Positions 39,901 to 51,560 of a stretch of 64,000 bases of DNA are shown in pieces. The translations under genes and the position numbers were made by a program. The stretch is from Auanema rhodensis (Eukaryota; Animalia; Nematoda): NCBI GenBank assembly GCA_964057225.1, contig OZ059900.1:13640001-13704000 (forward strand). Reading direction: 5' to 3'. The stretch's first letter is position 1. Every line of letters begins with the position of its first letter. Under the pieces are notes generated by a model. It did no database searches and was not told where the DNA came from. It was given only the letters and a program-made list of their open reading frames with translations.

Positions 39901-41833
39901 TCTTCCCTGATGTCGGCTTCTCCATCCGGAGAACAAAATATTAAGGTATGCACGCAGTACTCATCGGAACGGTTCATATTTTTGACCCATTATGCAGATT
40001 CTGTTTACTAAACAACACACACACACACATATATGTATATTTAACATTTCTGTTTATATCTTTTACACCTACACATCAACACTCTTATTGATTTTGTTAT
40101 GATGCATTTTACTATACTTGGAATTTACAACCTTAAAAAAACATCCGAGTACCCTTTTTGAAGTAAATTCAAACGCAACGTTTCTTGTTCAAATTCGGAT
40201 GTTGCAATGTATGCACGTCTGTGTATGTGTGTGATCAAAAATATGTATAAGCATTGTTGTTTAAGTTTTATAGTTTATTCATTTAAGATTTTCAACAACT
40301 CAAAATTGCTAAAAAAAAACTTTTAACATTATTTTGAATATATTTTGAAACCTCTTTAAGAAAAAAAATGCTTATAAAAATCCAACCTAGTTTTTGTTTT
40401 ATGATATGCTTGTTTTTGCATTGGTTTGATTAGTTTTATCACCGGCTCTTTAATGCCTGATTATCGCTTTTCTTTCATTTCTACCGTGCACGTAAAACAT
40501 AGAAATAATCAAATGCGTTCATTTGTTAATTTTCCAATGGAATCCATTTTAATAATATTCTAATTCAAAAAATTATAAATCTAAGCATAGGAAACATAAA
40601 GTGCACCAACATTTTTCATAAACTTATTAAGCTTTTTCTTATTGTTTTGAGATGTCGATGTTATTTTCTAATGTTTATAACTTTGCACTATTTCATATGT
40701 TTAAGGATGATCAAGCCGAATTTGATTTACAATTGCAAATACAGCAACAATTGGCAAATCAACAACATGCAGTTAGTACATCGAACAACACTATCACAAC
40801 ACAAACTCTAGCTTCCGAACCTTCTGCATGCAGTAAGATAACTAGAGTTAAACAAATAAAACTGAAAATTATTTCAAGGCCCTGATATTGCACCTAAACG
40901 ATTACATGTATCCAACATCCCGTTCCGATTCCGCGATTCAGATTTGAAATCAATGTTCGAAAGGTTTGGAACTGTTATAGATAGCGAAATCATATTCAAT
41001 GAGCGGGGAAGCAAGGTATCGTTTAATGTGTTCGTTAACCATTCCTAATGTATATTGTTTTAAGGGGTTTGGGTTTGTAACTATGGAAAAATCGGCAGAT
41101 GCAGAGGCAGCAAGGAAAGAACTTCACGGATCTCAAGTAGACGGTCGAAAAATCGAGGTCAACTGTGCAACAGCAAGAATTCATGCCAAAGGAAAAACGC
41201 GCGTATCAACATCTAGTTTGTTTTGTTTTTGTTTTTGTTTATTCAAATCAATTGTTTCAGATAACGTATTGGAACAAAATTTCGCCGCTACCGCAATTCA
41301 AAACTTCGCATTAGCTAATGCTCAGAGAGCTATGTGTTTGCGCGCACCAACTTTAACTCCAGCCTTACTCGGAAGAGCAGGTGCCGGATTACTCACACAA
41401 GCAACAGCTGGCTTTCCAATGACTGCAACTATACCCATGCTCTCACCTCATCTTGGATCGTTATCTTTGGGAGGTCAACAGATATTGATGGGAGGCACTC
41501 CAGGACTTCAACAAGCTGCATCAACAGCATCTGCTTTCTCTGCTGCGGCCGCAGCAGTTGGCGCTAGTGCGAATCACAACGGATTAGATCCATCTATAGC
41601 CGCTTTATTAACAGAGCAAGCACGTTTACAATTTGCCGCACAAGGTATGTTCTAATACTTACGAAAATTGTGACAATTAACAATATTAATCCGTTTTAGC
41701 TGCTGCACATTCTTCATTAGGTGAACAATACCTTGGTCAGGCATTAACCACAGCTAACTTGACAGCTGCTGCTGCTGCCGGTTTACCACTAGGACATCCA
41801 TATCGTACAATCAGTCGATATGCCCCATATTGA
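30924..41833 (+). CDS. fox-1: RBFOX-family RNA-binding protein (fox-1/asd-1 family)
   Basis: [29 protein letters not shown]...[10 protein letters not shown]|GFGFVTM...[19 protein letters not shown], Ala-rich tail and C-terminal RYAPY. Exons include 30924-31073 (or alternative 36981-37034), 38059-38245, 39860-39945 and 40707-40832. The choice between fox-1 and asd-1 is uncertain. Confidence 0.9.
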
Positions 41834-42883
41834 CTTTTTCGCGGAAAAGAATTGGCTTCCTAAATCTGAGCTTCGCATCTGGTCTTCTTAATCACTTCCT
41901 ACTTGGCATAATTTTGCATAATTGTAAAAACAATTATAATAACGAACACTTATCAGTCCCAGGTCTCAAAAATATATGAATGACATAACAAATCTGTTGA
42001 AATATTTTTTTATCTCTCGTTTATTTTCGAAAACTAAACAATGTTTTGTTCAATATTTTTAATTGTATCCCTGTTTCGAAAACGTTTTTCTCTTCTCAAG
42101 TAGCACTATGATGATTTTGGAATGATATTCAATCCTTCTTAATGAGTATAGTACCATCTTTTCATATACGTGTAATCAAATCTGTTGAATACGGATAATG
42201 TGTTATGATGCAGTAGCAAACAACTTAGCATTATCCTATTGTTTTTCTTGCTGAAATGAGGAAAAATTGTTTCTTCACAATCATTAAGCTGGCAAAAAAT
42301 AATTATTGGTATTATCTCCGAACTGTTCAAAATACCTCTCTCTCTCTCTTTGTTCTCTTCTTTAGTGATCGCAAACTCATTGGAAGAAAAATCTCTGGCG
42401 GTGCTAATGTATGTACATATTTTTTTCTTTTTTTCGTGTAATAATAACTCATTGTGCACTAAACTTTTCTATTTTTTCTTTGTTTCAAAGTTTTCTAAAC
42501 AATAATGGCTACAACGATATAAACTATGCATAACAACGTATACTTGCCAAAGAAAGTATCGTGTGGTTTAGTGATAATAACTTTTCAAATGCTTTCACTC
42601 TATCCTCTCATACATATATATTGAACGGAAATTCTTCATTATTATTTATGAGATGTTTTTTTCATGAATTATTAATTATTGCAATTCTGCCTAACAGTTT
42701 CGCGGTTTTAATGTTTATGACCAGTGTTAATTTGGAGTTCTTATTAGGTTTTGTTATAAGATTTGATTTATACGTTATAGCACATGACCAAGCATATCCA
42801 CATCAATTCTTATAACCACTTGTTTAAACCATGAACTTATTCACAGCTTTAACTAGTTTTACCGTGACTGAAAAAAAGTTTTA

Positions 42884-42885
<2 letters not shown>

Positions 42886-42937
<52 letters not shown>
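42886..42937. repeat. (CT)n microsatellite, ~26 units
   Basis: Perfect dinucleotide run. Confidence 0.98.
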
Positions 42938-42941
<4 letters not shown>

Positions 42942-43440
42942 CTCTTTTCATATATACTGTTTACAAGAATTTTTAAACATTTTTGGTGTGTTACAAGTCT
43001 CACTTAAGTATAAGTTTTGAAAATAAAATGGTGTACTGATGAATCTTATTGTTATATTTGATGTTTAAATAATTTTTTATATTTTTTTGTCAATTATCTC
43101 AACTAAGATAGTTTCTATGAAAATGCTAATAAATTTGTTTGACTTCTTGGGTTTTGTTTCAATAATATTATCCGAAAAAGTACCGAACGCAGTAACAGCA
43201 TTAAAAAAAGTTTGAATAATTTGAAACTGAACTTTTAGTTTTAGTTATTCATTTAAAAATTTATAATAATAATCTTTAAAAGGCAATGTTTCACGTGTTC
43301 ATTTCTGGCAATCAAGAAATATTCAAAATTCTTATCATTAAACAATTTGATAAGTTCTTATCTGCTGATATGAAGTCTACGTGGATCTAACAATAGATGT
43401 GAATTCTGTTTTCTAGCTTGTTTCTCCCATATTTTCCAGA

Positions 43441-44447
43441 ATGAAAACTTTACAGTGTCTAATATTTCTAACAACTTTAGCAGCATGTATTGTAAGTATT
43501 TACTCATTTAATGTTGAAAGTTTAAAATAAATAGCATGCATACCGGCTAGGAATTGATATAAGCGATGCTATAACGAAAGACCAAGTGGATTGCTTGAAA
43601 AAAAATTCAGTATCTGCTATTTTTGTGAGGTATGAAAAATATAAATTAATTAATTAATAGGACCACATTCATTTAACAAACAACTATTGTATTTAGAGCG
43701 TATAAGCCTGACTCCAACGGTACATTTGATAGTAATTGTGTTATAGCCAGTCAACTTGCTCATAAAGGTTATTCGTTTGTAGTATTTTTTGTGATTTCAA
43801 ATTATTCAAGCTGGGCTCGTCACAGAGCTATATGTAACGCTAGATGTTTCAAAAAATGCCAGACAAGGATACGATCAAGTGGATGATTTACAAAAAAGTT
43901 TGAAAAAAAACTCGATTAATGTGAGAAGGATTTGGATGAAAGTAGGCAAAAACTCAAAAGAAAAATATCACAACAAATTTGCCAGGTTACTTCTGATATG
44001 GGATGGAATTCTGATGTCGTACTCAATCAGGGAACAATTAGTCAAGTACTTGGAAGACTTCGTGTATTCTTGAACTGTTTAAATTATTAATTCTTTGACC
44101 GTTTTAGCAATATAGTTATACCGTTGGTATTTTAACAAGTGCCGCCGAATGGAAAACATTAACCAACAATTGGACCCAAGCTGGTGATGATGTTTTCTTA
44201 TGGTTTGAAGTAATATGAAAAATGTTAATTATTCAATTGCTAAGGTATCATAATTTCAATGGAGCTGGAGCCAATGGTGAAAGCTCAGCTAACTTTGACG
44301 ATTTCGTACCATTCGGAGTCAATCAAATTCCAACAATAAAACAGTATGGCAGCTCTGAAAATGTTTGTGGAATCAATGTTAACAAGTTCGTCCACCAAAA
44401 TTATTGCTAATTGTTCTTTTTTCTTTTCTAGAGACTGTTTCAAATAG
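43441..44447 (+). CDS. Protist-type (GH25-like) lysozyme, lys-1/2/7/8-like class
   Basis: Signal peptide; GIDIS...QVDCLKKNSVSAIFVRAYKPDSNGTFD...AGLVTELY...RRIWMKVT...VGILTSAAEW...LWYHNFNGAGANGESSANFDDFVPFG...KQYG...CGINVN. Confidence 0.88.
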
Positions 44448-45016
44448 AGACAAACGAATGTTTATTTGTGTGATATGGGATCAAACAAGCCTTGCGATAT
44501 GATTTATAAACCTCTTTTATTTAGAAATTGTGATATAAACAGCAAAAAAATAAAATTAATCTCATTAGCAAGCAAAGTGCAAAAAATGCTTTTTAAATGG
44601 CATCATCAATGTCGAAAACGCTTTTTTAACTAAGAATTAGTAGAAAGTTTCATTTGGAATCAGAAAAAAAGGAGGTGAAAGGAGCAATGTACAATGTGAA
44701 GGTTTTTTTTGATGATAAGATATAAACAGTTCCTTGCTGATACATGTTAACTGATGAGGAATTTGTAACAACTTTAGGTAATAACAGAACTTTGGACAGA
44801 TACGTAACCGCATGGATGAGAATATGCGTAATTGTACTGTATAATACAATAAACATATTATATAATAAATACTTAAATATAAACAAATTAGAGATTTTGA
44901 TTATGCTTATATTCATTTATATATGTAAATGCTATCTGCATTCGAATTATGCTTTTCTTGAAAAAATGAAAAAAAAAACATTTCTTATATACTATTCAAG
45001 ACCACTGCATGGCTCA

Positions 45017-47167
45017 TTATTGATTTGAATGATTAGCAAAAATTATATGAGCTGTAAACGAATATCTATCTTCACACTGTGTGCCGCATAAATTGCATCT
45101 GAAAATAGATGATATAAAGCTTGTTCTAACTCATTTGATCTGCTTACTTAAAAGGCTCATCTTCGGAATGCAATCCAGCATGCAAAATCTTCATTGTATT
45201 GTCTGTGAACATTATTCCACAATGATGGCATTCCTGAAAATGTTTGTCTGTCACAACATTGTTTTTCTAAGCTATGAAGACGGTTTTTGCCAACAAATTT
45301 GCCAAAAATGTTAACGAATAGATAGCTCAACTTACAGAGGTGGACGGTAACTTGTATCCTTCTTCGGATGAAAAATGATTTGAACTACCACTATCACAGG
45401 AAGGGGAATGCACTTCTTCATCATTGAGCATTAAGGAACTATTAACTATTGCCTTCAAAGGATCTAATGCCAGATCATTAACTGTGTTATGTTGACCCTG
45501 TAAAATCACAATAATCTTATCGTTCGTTCACAAGCTTTCTTGCAGTTTCACATAATCACTAATATCTTACCGTATTTTGTAACAAAGAAGACCGTATTCT
45601 GTCTGCGCTGTTAGCAAAGCATAAAACAAGCAATTGATCACTGGTCATTTGCGCATCAACCGAAAGAAACTAAATACAATGAATTTAGATATATTCAACA
45701 ATGTTTCAAATCTGAGAAAAATATATAAGAAAAACTCACACTTGAGGTATCTACAGGCTGTTTGTTTGTTGCTGAAGATGATTCTTGTGTCTGTTGTAGT
45801 TTTTCAGCCTGTTCAGTAAGTAACATCATTTTTTGTAACGATGTAGTATGTACAGGATCTTCCTCTTCTTTTCTTTCTTCGACGTTGCGTTTTGTTCCTC
45901 TACTTCGGGTTGGTTTGGATTCAGGAGAAAGGCGATTCTCAGATATAGCCTGAATTTATGTTATAGTCACTGAGATGAACCAGAAAATCTTATGATCTTA
46001 CATCAGTATCATGCCTAGTTTGATAATGTAATAACAACCGACGAGAATTGGCAAATAATAAAGAACATCTCTTACAAGAAGCTGGAGTAGCAGGGCTAAC
46101 AGCGTGGCACTCTTCCAAATGAGTTCTAGTAATGAACAAAATAAAATGACATTTTTTGCAAAAAGCTACCTTAATAACGAATGTTGACTAAACAACTGAT
46201 TGCACAATGCAACTGGACAATCAAAATCAACTCCAGTTTTAATATGCGTCATAGAATGCTCTTGCATCTAAATTATGTACATACAAGAAAAATATGATGA
46301 AAATTATTATTTCATAGACATAATTGTAATATAATATAATATTAATATAATGGTACAAACCTGATCTTTGCGGAAAAACCGTTTTTTGCAGAAACGACAT
46401 TCATACGGTTTTACTCCACTGTGACGCATTCGATGTCTATGCATATTGGCCTGAAATAAACCAAATATTGTAGGTATTGTCTTCTATTTATCTGTTTTTT
46501 GATCTATACCTTTTGACTAAATTGCATCATACATATATCGCACATGTACATTTGTCCTTGATGACGTTCGTGAGCTTCCTATAAGTAAAGACAATTAGAC
46601 AATTTAATTATATAGTAGATCCAGAAGCTGGTTTCTTATAATTACCAGATGACTTTTCATGTGTTGAGACATGAATGTTGTAAAATTGCAATGTGGACAC
46701 ATATATGCTCTCTTACTTCCTTTTGAAGATGTTTCGGGAAAATTATTAAATTGAGAAACTTAATAGAAATAATTAATAATTTGCATGTGATAATTGTTGA
46801 TTTACCTTTTTGAAAAGCTACATTATCCAGCTTGGAACTCAATTTTTCTGCTGGGCTGGGTGAAGGTGTCTTCAAGTTTTCTGATACGCTACCAGTTGGC
46901 GATAACGAAGACGCGGTGTCACTACTGACGCTGCTTTCATTAGTCCACTCCGTACTCTAGAAAAAAAATAATTTTTGAGGTTGTACTTGAGAATATTTAC
47001 CTGATAAACAATAGAATTCGTTAATCCTCTATGTTCTTCTTCATGGGTTTCTGTGAATTTTTGTATATTTATCAGTGAAATACTGAATTCTTACCTATAT
47101 GTCGCTGAAACAAATCTGTTTTATTCGTTGTAAAGCCACATTCTGTACAAGCATTCATACCATCCAT
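45017..47167 (-). CDS. ztf-16: Ikaros/Hunchback-like C2H2 transcription factor, 6+2 zinc fingers
   Basis: Six N-terminal fingers (CTECGFTT...H, CVHCNFTT, CDICMMQFSQKANMHRHRMRHSGVKPYECRFC..., CPVALC, CKRC) plus the Ikaros-type C-terminal pair CHHCGIMFTDNTMKILHAGLHSEDEPFKCNLCGTQCEDRYSFTAHIIFANH. The symbol is assigned from architecture; further upstream exons are possible. Confidence 0.8.
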
Positions 47168-50100
47168 TACTATAAAAGAATACATTTTGATCAAACTCTA
47201 TTATTCAATTATAGCTAGCCGAAAAGACATTTTCACAGGAAAAATATATAAGCAGAATAATATGACAATGATAATTCCATATTTAATCAAGCATAATTCT
47301 GAGCGCAATAGATCAAACCAAGCGTTCAGTTTTAATTATTCAGATACACGTGCATTAGAAGAAAGATTCAAATATTCTATCAGTATCAACATATGCACGA
47401 AAAAAAATAAAATTTTCATGCATTGATCAAGAAAATGATCAATGTCTATAATTAATGTTTTAAACAGTACCGAAAAAAGAAGTACTGTAACAACAACCGC
47501 AGCTAAGCTATAATATGTGCTAAAATTGGCAAAACAACAGTAAATCAGCTAGCAAACGAAACTCAAAGTATCTGATTTAAAGGAAAACCTATAATTTTTT
47601 ATAAATTTGGCATTCTAGTTGTTGTCTTAAGTAATGTAAAAGTAGGAGAGCTTTCGATTTGGATGAGACTGTGCCAATGGCATACAATATATAATACAAG
47701 TACAAGGAAAAGCAGACTAAATAGCGGTTTATTACTATAATGCTAAAAATATTTTGTTAAAATAAGATCATTTCAATTTCTCATGAGAATTAATATTTCA
47801 AACCAAAAAGTTAAAAACTTAAATAATAAACTATTTCAAAATATATACCAAAAAAATAAATATAAAATTTGATAGAATTTCTGTTTTTCGATCTATTTTC
47901 CGGTAACAGCTGATTTAAGAAAAAAAAATCTGTAAATGAAATAAAACGACTAAATATAATCATGTGCGCAATATTAAATCGGATTCAGTATAAAATGAAA
48001 CCGAACATTAAGTAGCATAATGATAGACCTCATCGAACATTTCCAAAGATAGTCGACAAGCCTAATGAAGATGTGCACCTTCGGCTCGTTTTACTCTGTA
48101 TGTCATTGCATCGTGTTGTCTGTACATACTTCACTGACTTTTCATCTTCCCACGTCTTTTCCACCCTGATTATCTCTTACTTCCTTATGCTATCTTTGTT
48201 CTCTCAATCTCTTTCTCTCTTTCTGGTTTGCTTAACTTATCCTTTGATTCCCCTCCCTCCTCAATCCTTATTTTCTCTGCTTTCTTTCTCTATGCTACTC
48301 ATTCTCTCTTACCTTTCGTTTCATTATATTAGAGAGAATACCGATGCAGTTTATTGACAAGAGCTAGGGGACAGTAACGTCCAAGAAATGTCCACATAGC
48401 TCATCTCAGTTATGAGAAGCAAACTGTTTGCTTACTTTTGTTAGAGGTACGTGGAAAAGGATGAGATCGTGTACATTAAAAGATGGCGATGAGAAAACAA
48501 GGAAAGAGAGAGTATATGCTACGATATATAATGCATCGAGAGATTATAGAATGCAGAAAATATAAAGATATACTGAGCAAATCCAAGATGAATGACCTTT
48601 CTGATATTTTTTCCTTGTGCCTCCGTCATCTCCACAGTAACTTTCTCACTTATTCTCGTTATCTGCGTCTTTCGTTGATCTCAGAACTCTCTCAACTATT
48701 TTGTTTGTCTCTCTCTGCCTTCCACATTATCACCGTAATTGTGTCTGTTGTTGCTTCTTATATTTGCTCAAACCGGGTTTCCGGGTACTGTCAAATAGTC
48801 TACTATTCTTCCACCCGTATGGAATGGATCATTATTTTACTTTGCAGGCATAAAGCCATATGATAATTAAATCAATATTACCACGCATATATAGCGGTAA
48901 AACTGGAAAGAATCATTTTGCATGATTTTTGCCTTCCCGAAGCATATACCATGAAATAAGATTATTCAGTTATGAATGAAATCACATGTATAATTCATGC
49001 ATAAATCCAAAATAGTTAGAAACTACCCGCCTATTACATTAATGTTGACAAATATAAAGCTAACATTTTCGTTTTGATTTTAAGCAAAATTGTCAAAAGA
49101 TACGTGATTTCACTGTTATTTAAATAGTATTCTCTAATTAAACACCATGGGAATACAACCTAATTCCATATTGGATGGAAATCAAGTAGCAATTAATGTA
49201 AATTATTTTTGCTGCCTTTGATAATAATATAGCATACCTGCTCTAGTATATATGCGTATTCAAATAAAAGATCCAAATAGTTCCAAAACAACCATTGGAA
49301 AAATCTTATTTAGCTTTCTTCTAAGTGGACAAACATCTCCGACCTCATTATTGACCTCGACTCTCATTGACCTCCATATACCCAGCTTACTGTTCGGTTT
49401 CGGAGCTTACTTGATATCCAGGGTCAGCTCTTAGAATCATGGTTAAAATATTAATATAAGAGCCGTCTATGAAGTACAAAAGATTCCAACATATCATTCA
49501 GCTATTTCTTTCAAAAATGGCACCCTATATATACATCCTAAACTTTTACTAGGTTTCAATAGGAATCAACATGTTCAAAATAATTACTACTATTACTTGA
49601 AAGCATATAAATTCTAAAAGCAGGAAATTTGTAAAAGCATTGAAAAACATTAAACTATATATATATAGTTAGTTTCCCAGAGAATATCAAAGTTATGTTT
49701 AAATATAAGAGTGATATCAATGAAATATAATTAATAATATGGTTTCAACAATGCTTAACTTGATAAATATCTGCGATTTGTTTCCAGTGTATGATTTAAT
49801 GATGTATGTACATAAGCAGAAAACAAAAAACAAGAGGAAAAGGTTATCAGTAATCAAAATATTAAGAAAAGCCTTGACACATAATCCTTTTCAATCAAAA
49901 ATTATTCTAATAATTTGTGAAAAAAATAAACAAACATTTAATTTGAATTAAAAACTGTATAATACTTCTTATCATATCTGGTAATAGCAATATTTGAGTG
50001 AAGCATGAGCTATATTAAGTAGAAACCCATATTTGCTTTAGAGAATGAAATAAATTTATTATTTGGAAAAATTTAAAAACTGTAATTTTCAATGGAAAAA

Positions 50101-51419
50101 AGTTTTAAATAATTATGAAAAACGCTAGTCTGGAGATAGATATCTGCTATGAACATTACGTTAAAGTGGCATTGTCGGTAATAGTGCCAGAAAGTAACAG
50201 GTGGAATTTGTATGTAATTCAGCTTACATAACGGCTGCTATATAATATAAATATTAATTAATAAATAAAAGAAAATGACGGAATACTCTGAAACTTGTTT
50301 CAAATTTAGTACTTTGCTAGAGTTCTTAATTTCATAATTTGAAAAAAAAGTTCGACATCGTGTTCGATATCATAAACTAAAAAAACACAAATTTTGACAA
50401 AACCAGGTGTGCTCTAAGAGCTTTAATTAATACATTTAAGAGACATTTTGTAAATCTGTCTTGAAATAAACACTTAAATAGATATTTAAATAGATAATTT
50501 AAAACTAGAACTTGAATAAAATACATTGTATATGTAAAAAAATGATCAACAAGGAAATAAACGGAAAAAAACACAATATATTTGACGAAAAACGAATGAA
50601 GTGGTGAAGCGCCAGAACATAGGCATAAATTCGATGGCGCAAAAGGTTTTGAACTGATGCTCGTCAAGGTCTTCTTGAACAGAATACGGTCTTACATTGT
50701 TTAGGAGTTTTCGCTTTCGTCCTCCATGCCAGGAGTTAAACGGCTATGAAAATGTTCACAAGATATTTTTCAGGGAAATATATAAATATATTTTTTTTAA
50801 AAATTATATTCTTGTGAAAAGGCGCGATAAAGTCAAAATGAAGTTTTAGTTTTTGATTTCTTTTCAATATTTTAGAACAAAAACAATAGGTTAGGATAGA
50901 ATGAAAATGATTGAATGAGTGAGTTATGAAGATTACCGGACAAAAATATATCGGCTAAGAGATTTAGGAGGGATGTGAAATAGTCAGCTATAGGAGATAT
51001 AGGATAATCTCATGTACATCCACAAATGTAAACCGTATCTAGAATTGATTATAGTGAATTACGCATTTCAACAACTCGGAAATATAAAACTTTCAGGTAG
51101 GATCACATGAAAAGAGTAAATGAGTTCGTTTATATGAGGGGAGTTTTGTTGCGAGATAATTGTGGTAAAAAGGCAAAATAAAAAGAGATCATGACTAGGC
51201 GGGGGTAAAAGTTCTGTTTATTTTTTGTTTTAACATAAAATCAACGAAAATTATAATGAAACAGATATTGTATTCTATAGTATATGGACAATTTCAGTTA
51301 GATAGAATAATAGTCTACAACTGCCTGTTGCCAAAGGGTTATGACTCTCACAAAACAGTTTTCAAGTTGTGTTTAGAACATTCCAAGAGAATGCGTATGT
51401 GTATGTGAAAATATGTGTA

Positions 51420-51560
51420 TGCAAGAGAGAAAAAGAGAAAAAGAGGTAAGGAAAGAAAGATACAGCGATTGATAGAGAGCAAGAGAGAGAAAGAGAGAGA
51501 GAGAAAACGAAAGAGAGGGAGAAATACAGAGAAAAAGAAACAGAGAGAGAGGAAACTAGA
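51420..51560. repeat. GA-rich low-complexity tract in the zinc-finger gene upstream region
   Basis: Purine-rich run on the plus strand. Confidence 0.8.

Noticed and set aside
50696-50743. Possible upstream coding exon of the zinc-finger gene (AG...GTAAG on minus strand)
   Set aside because: Its open frame is out of phase with the next exon and its ATG is followed by a stop; at most a UTR exon.
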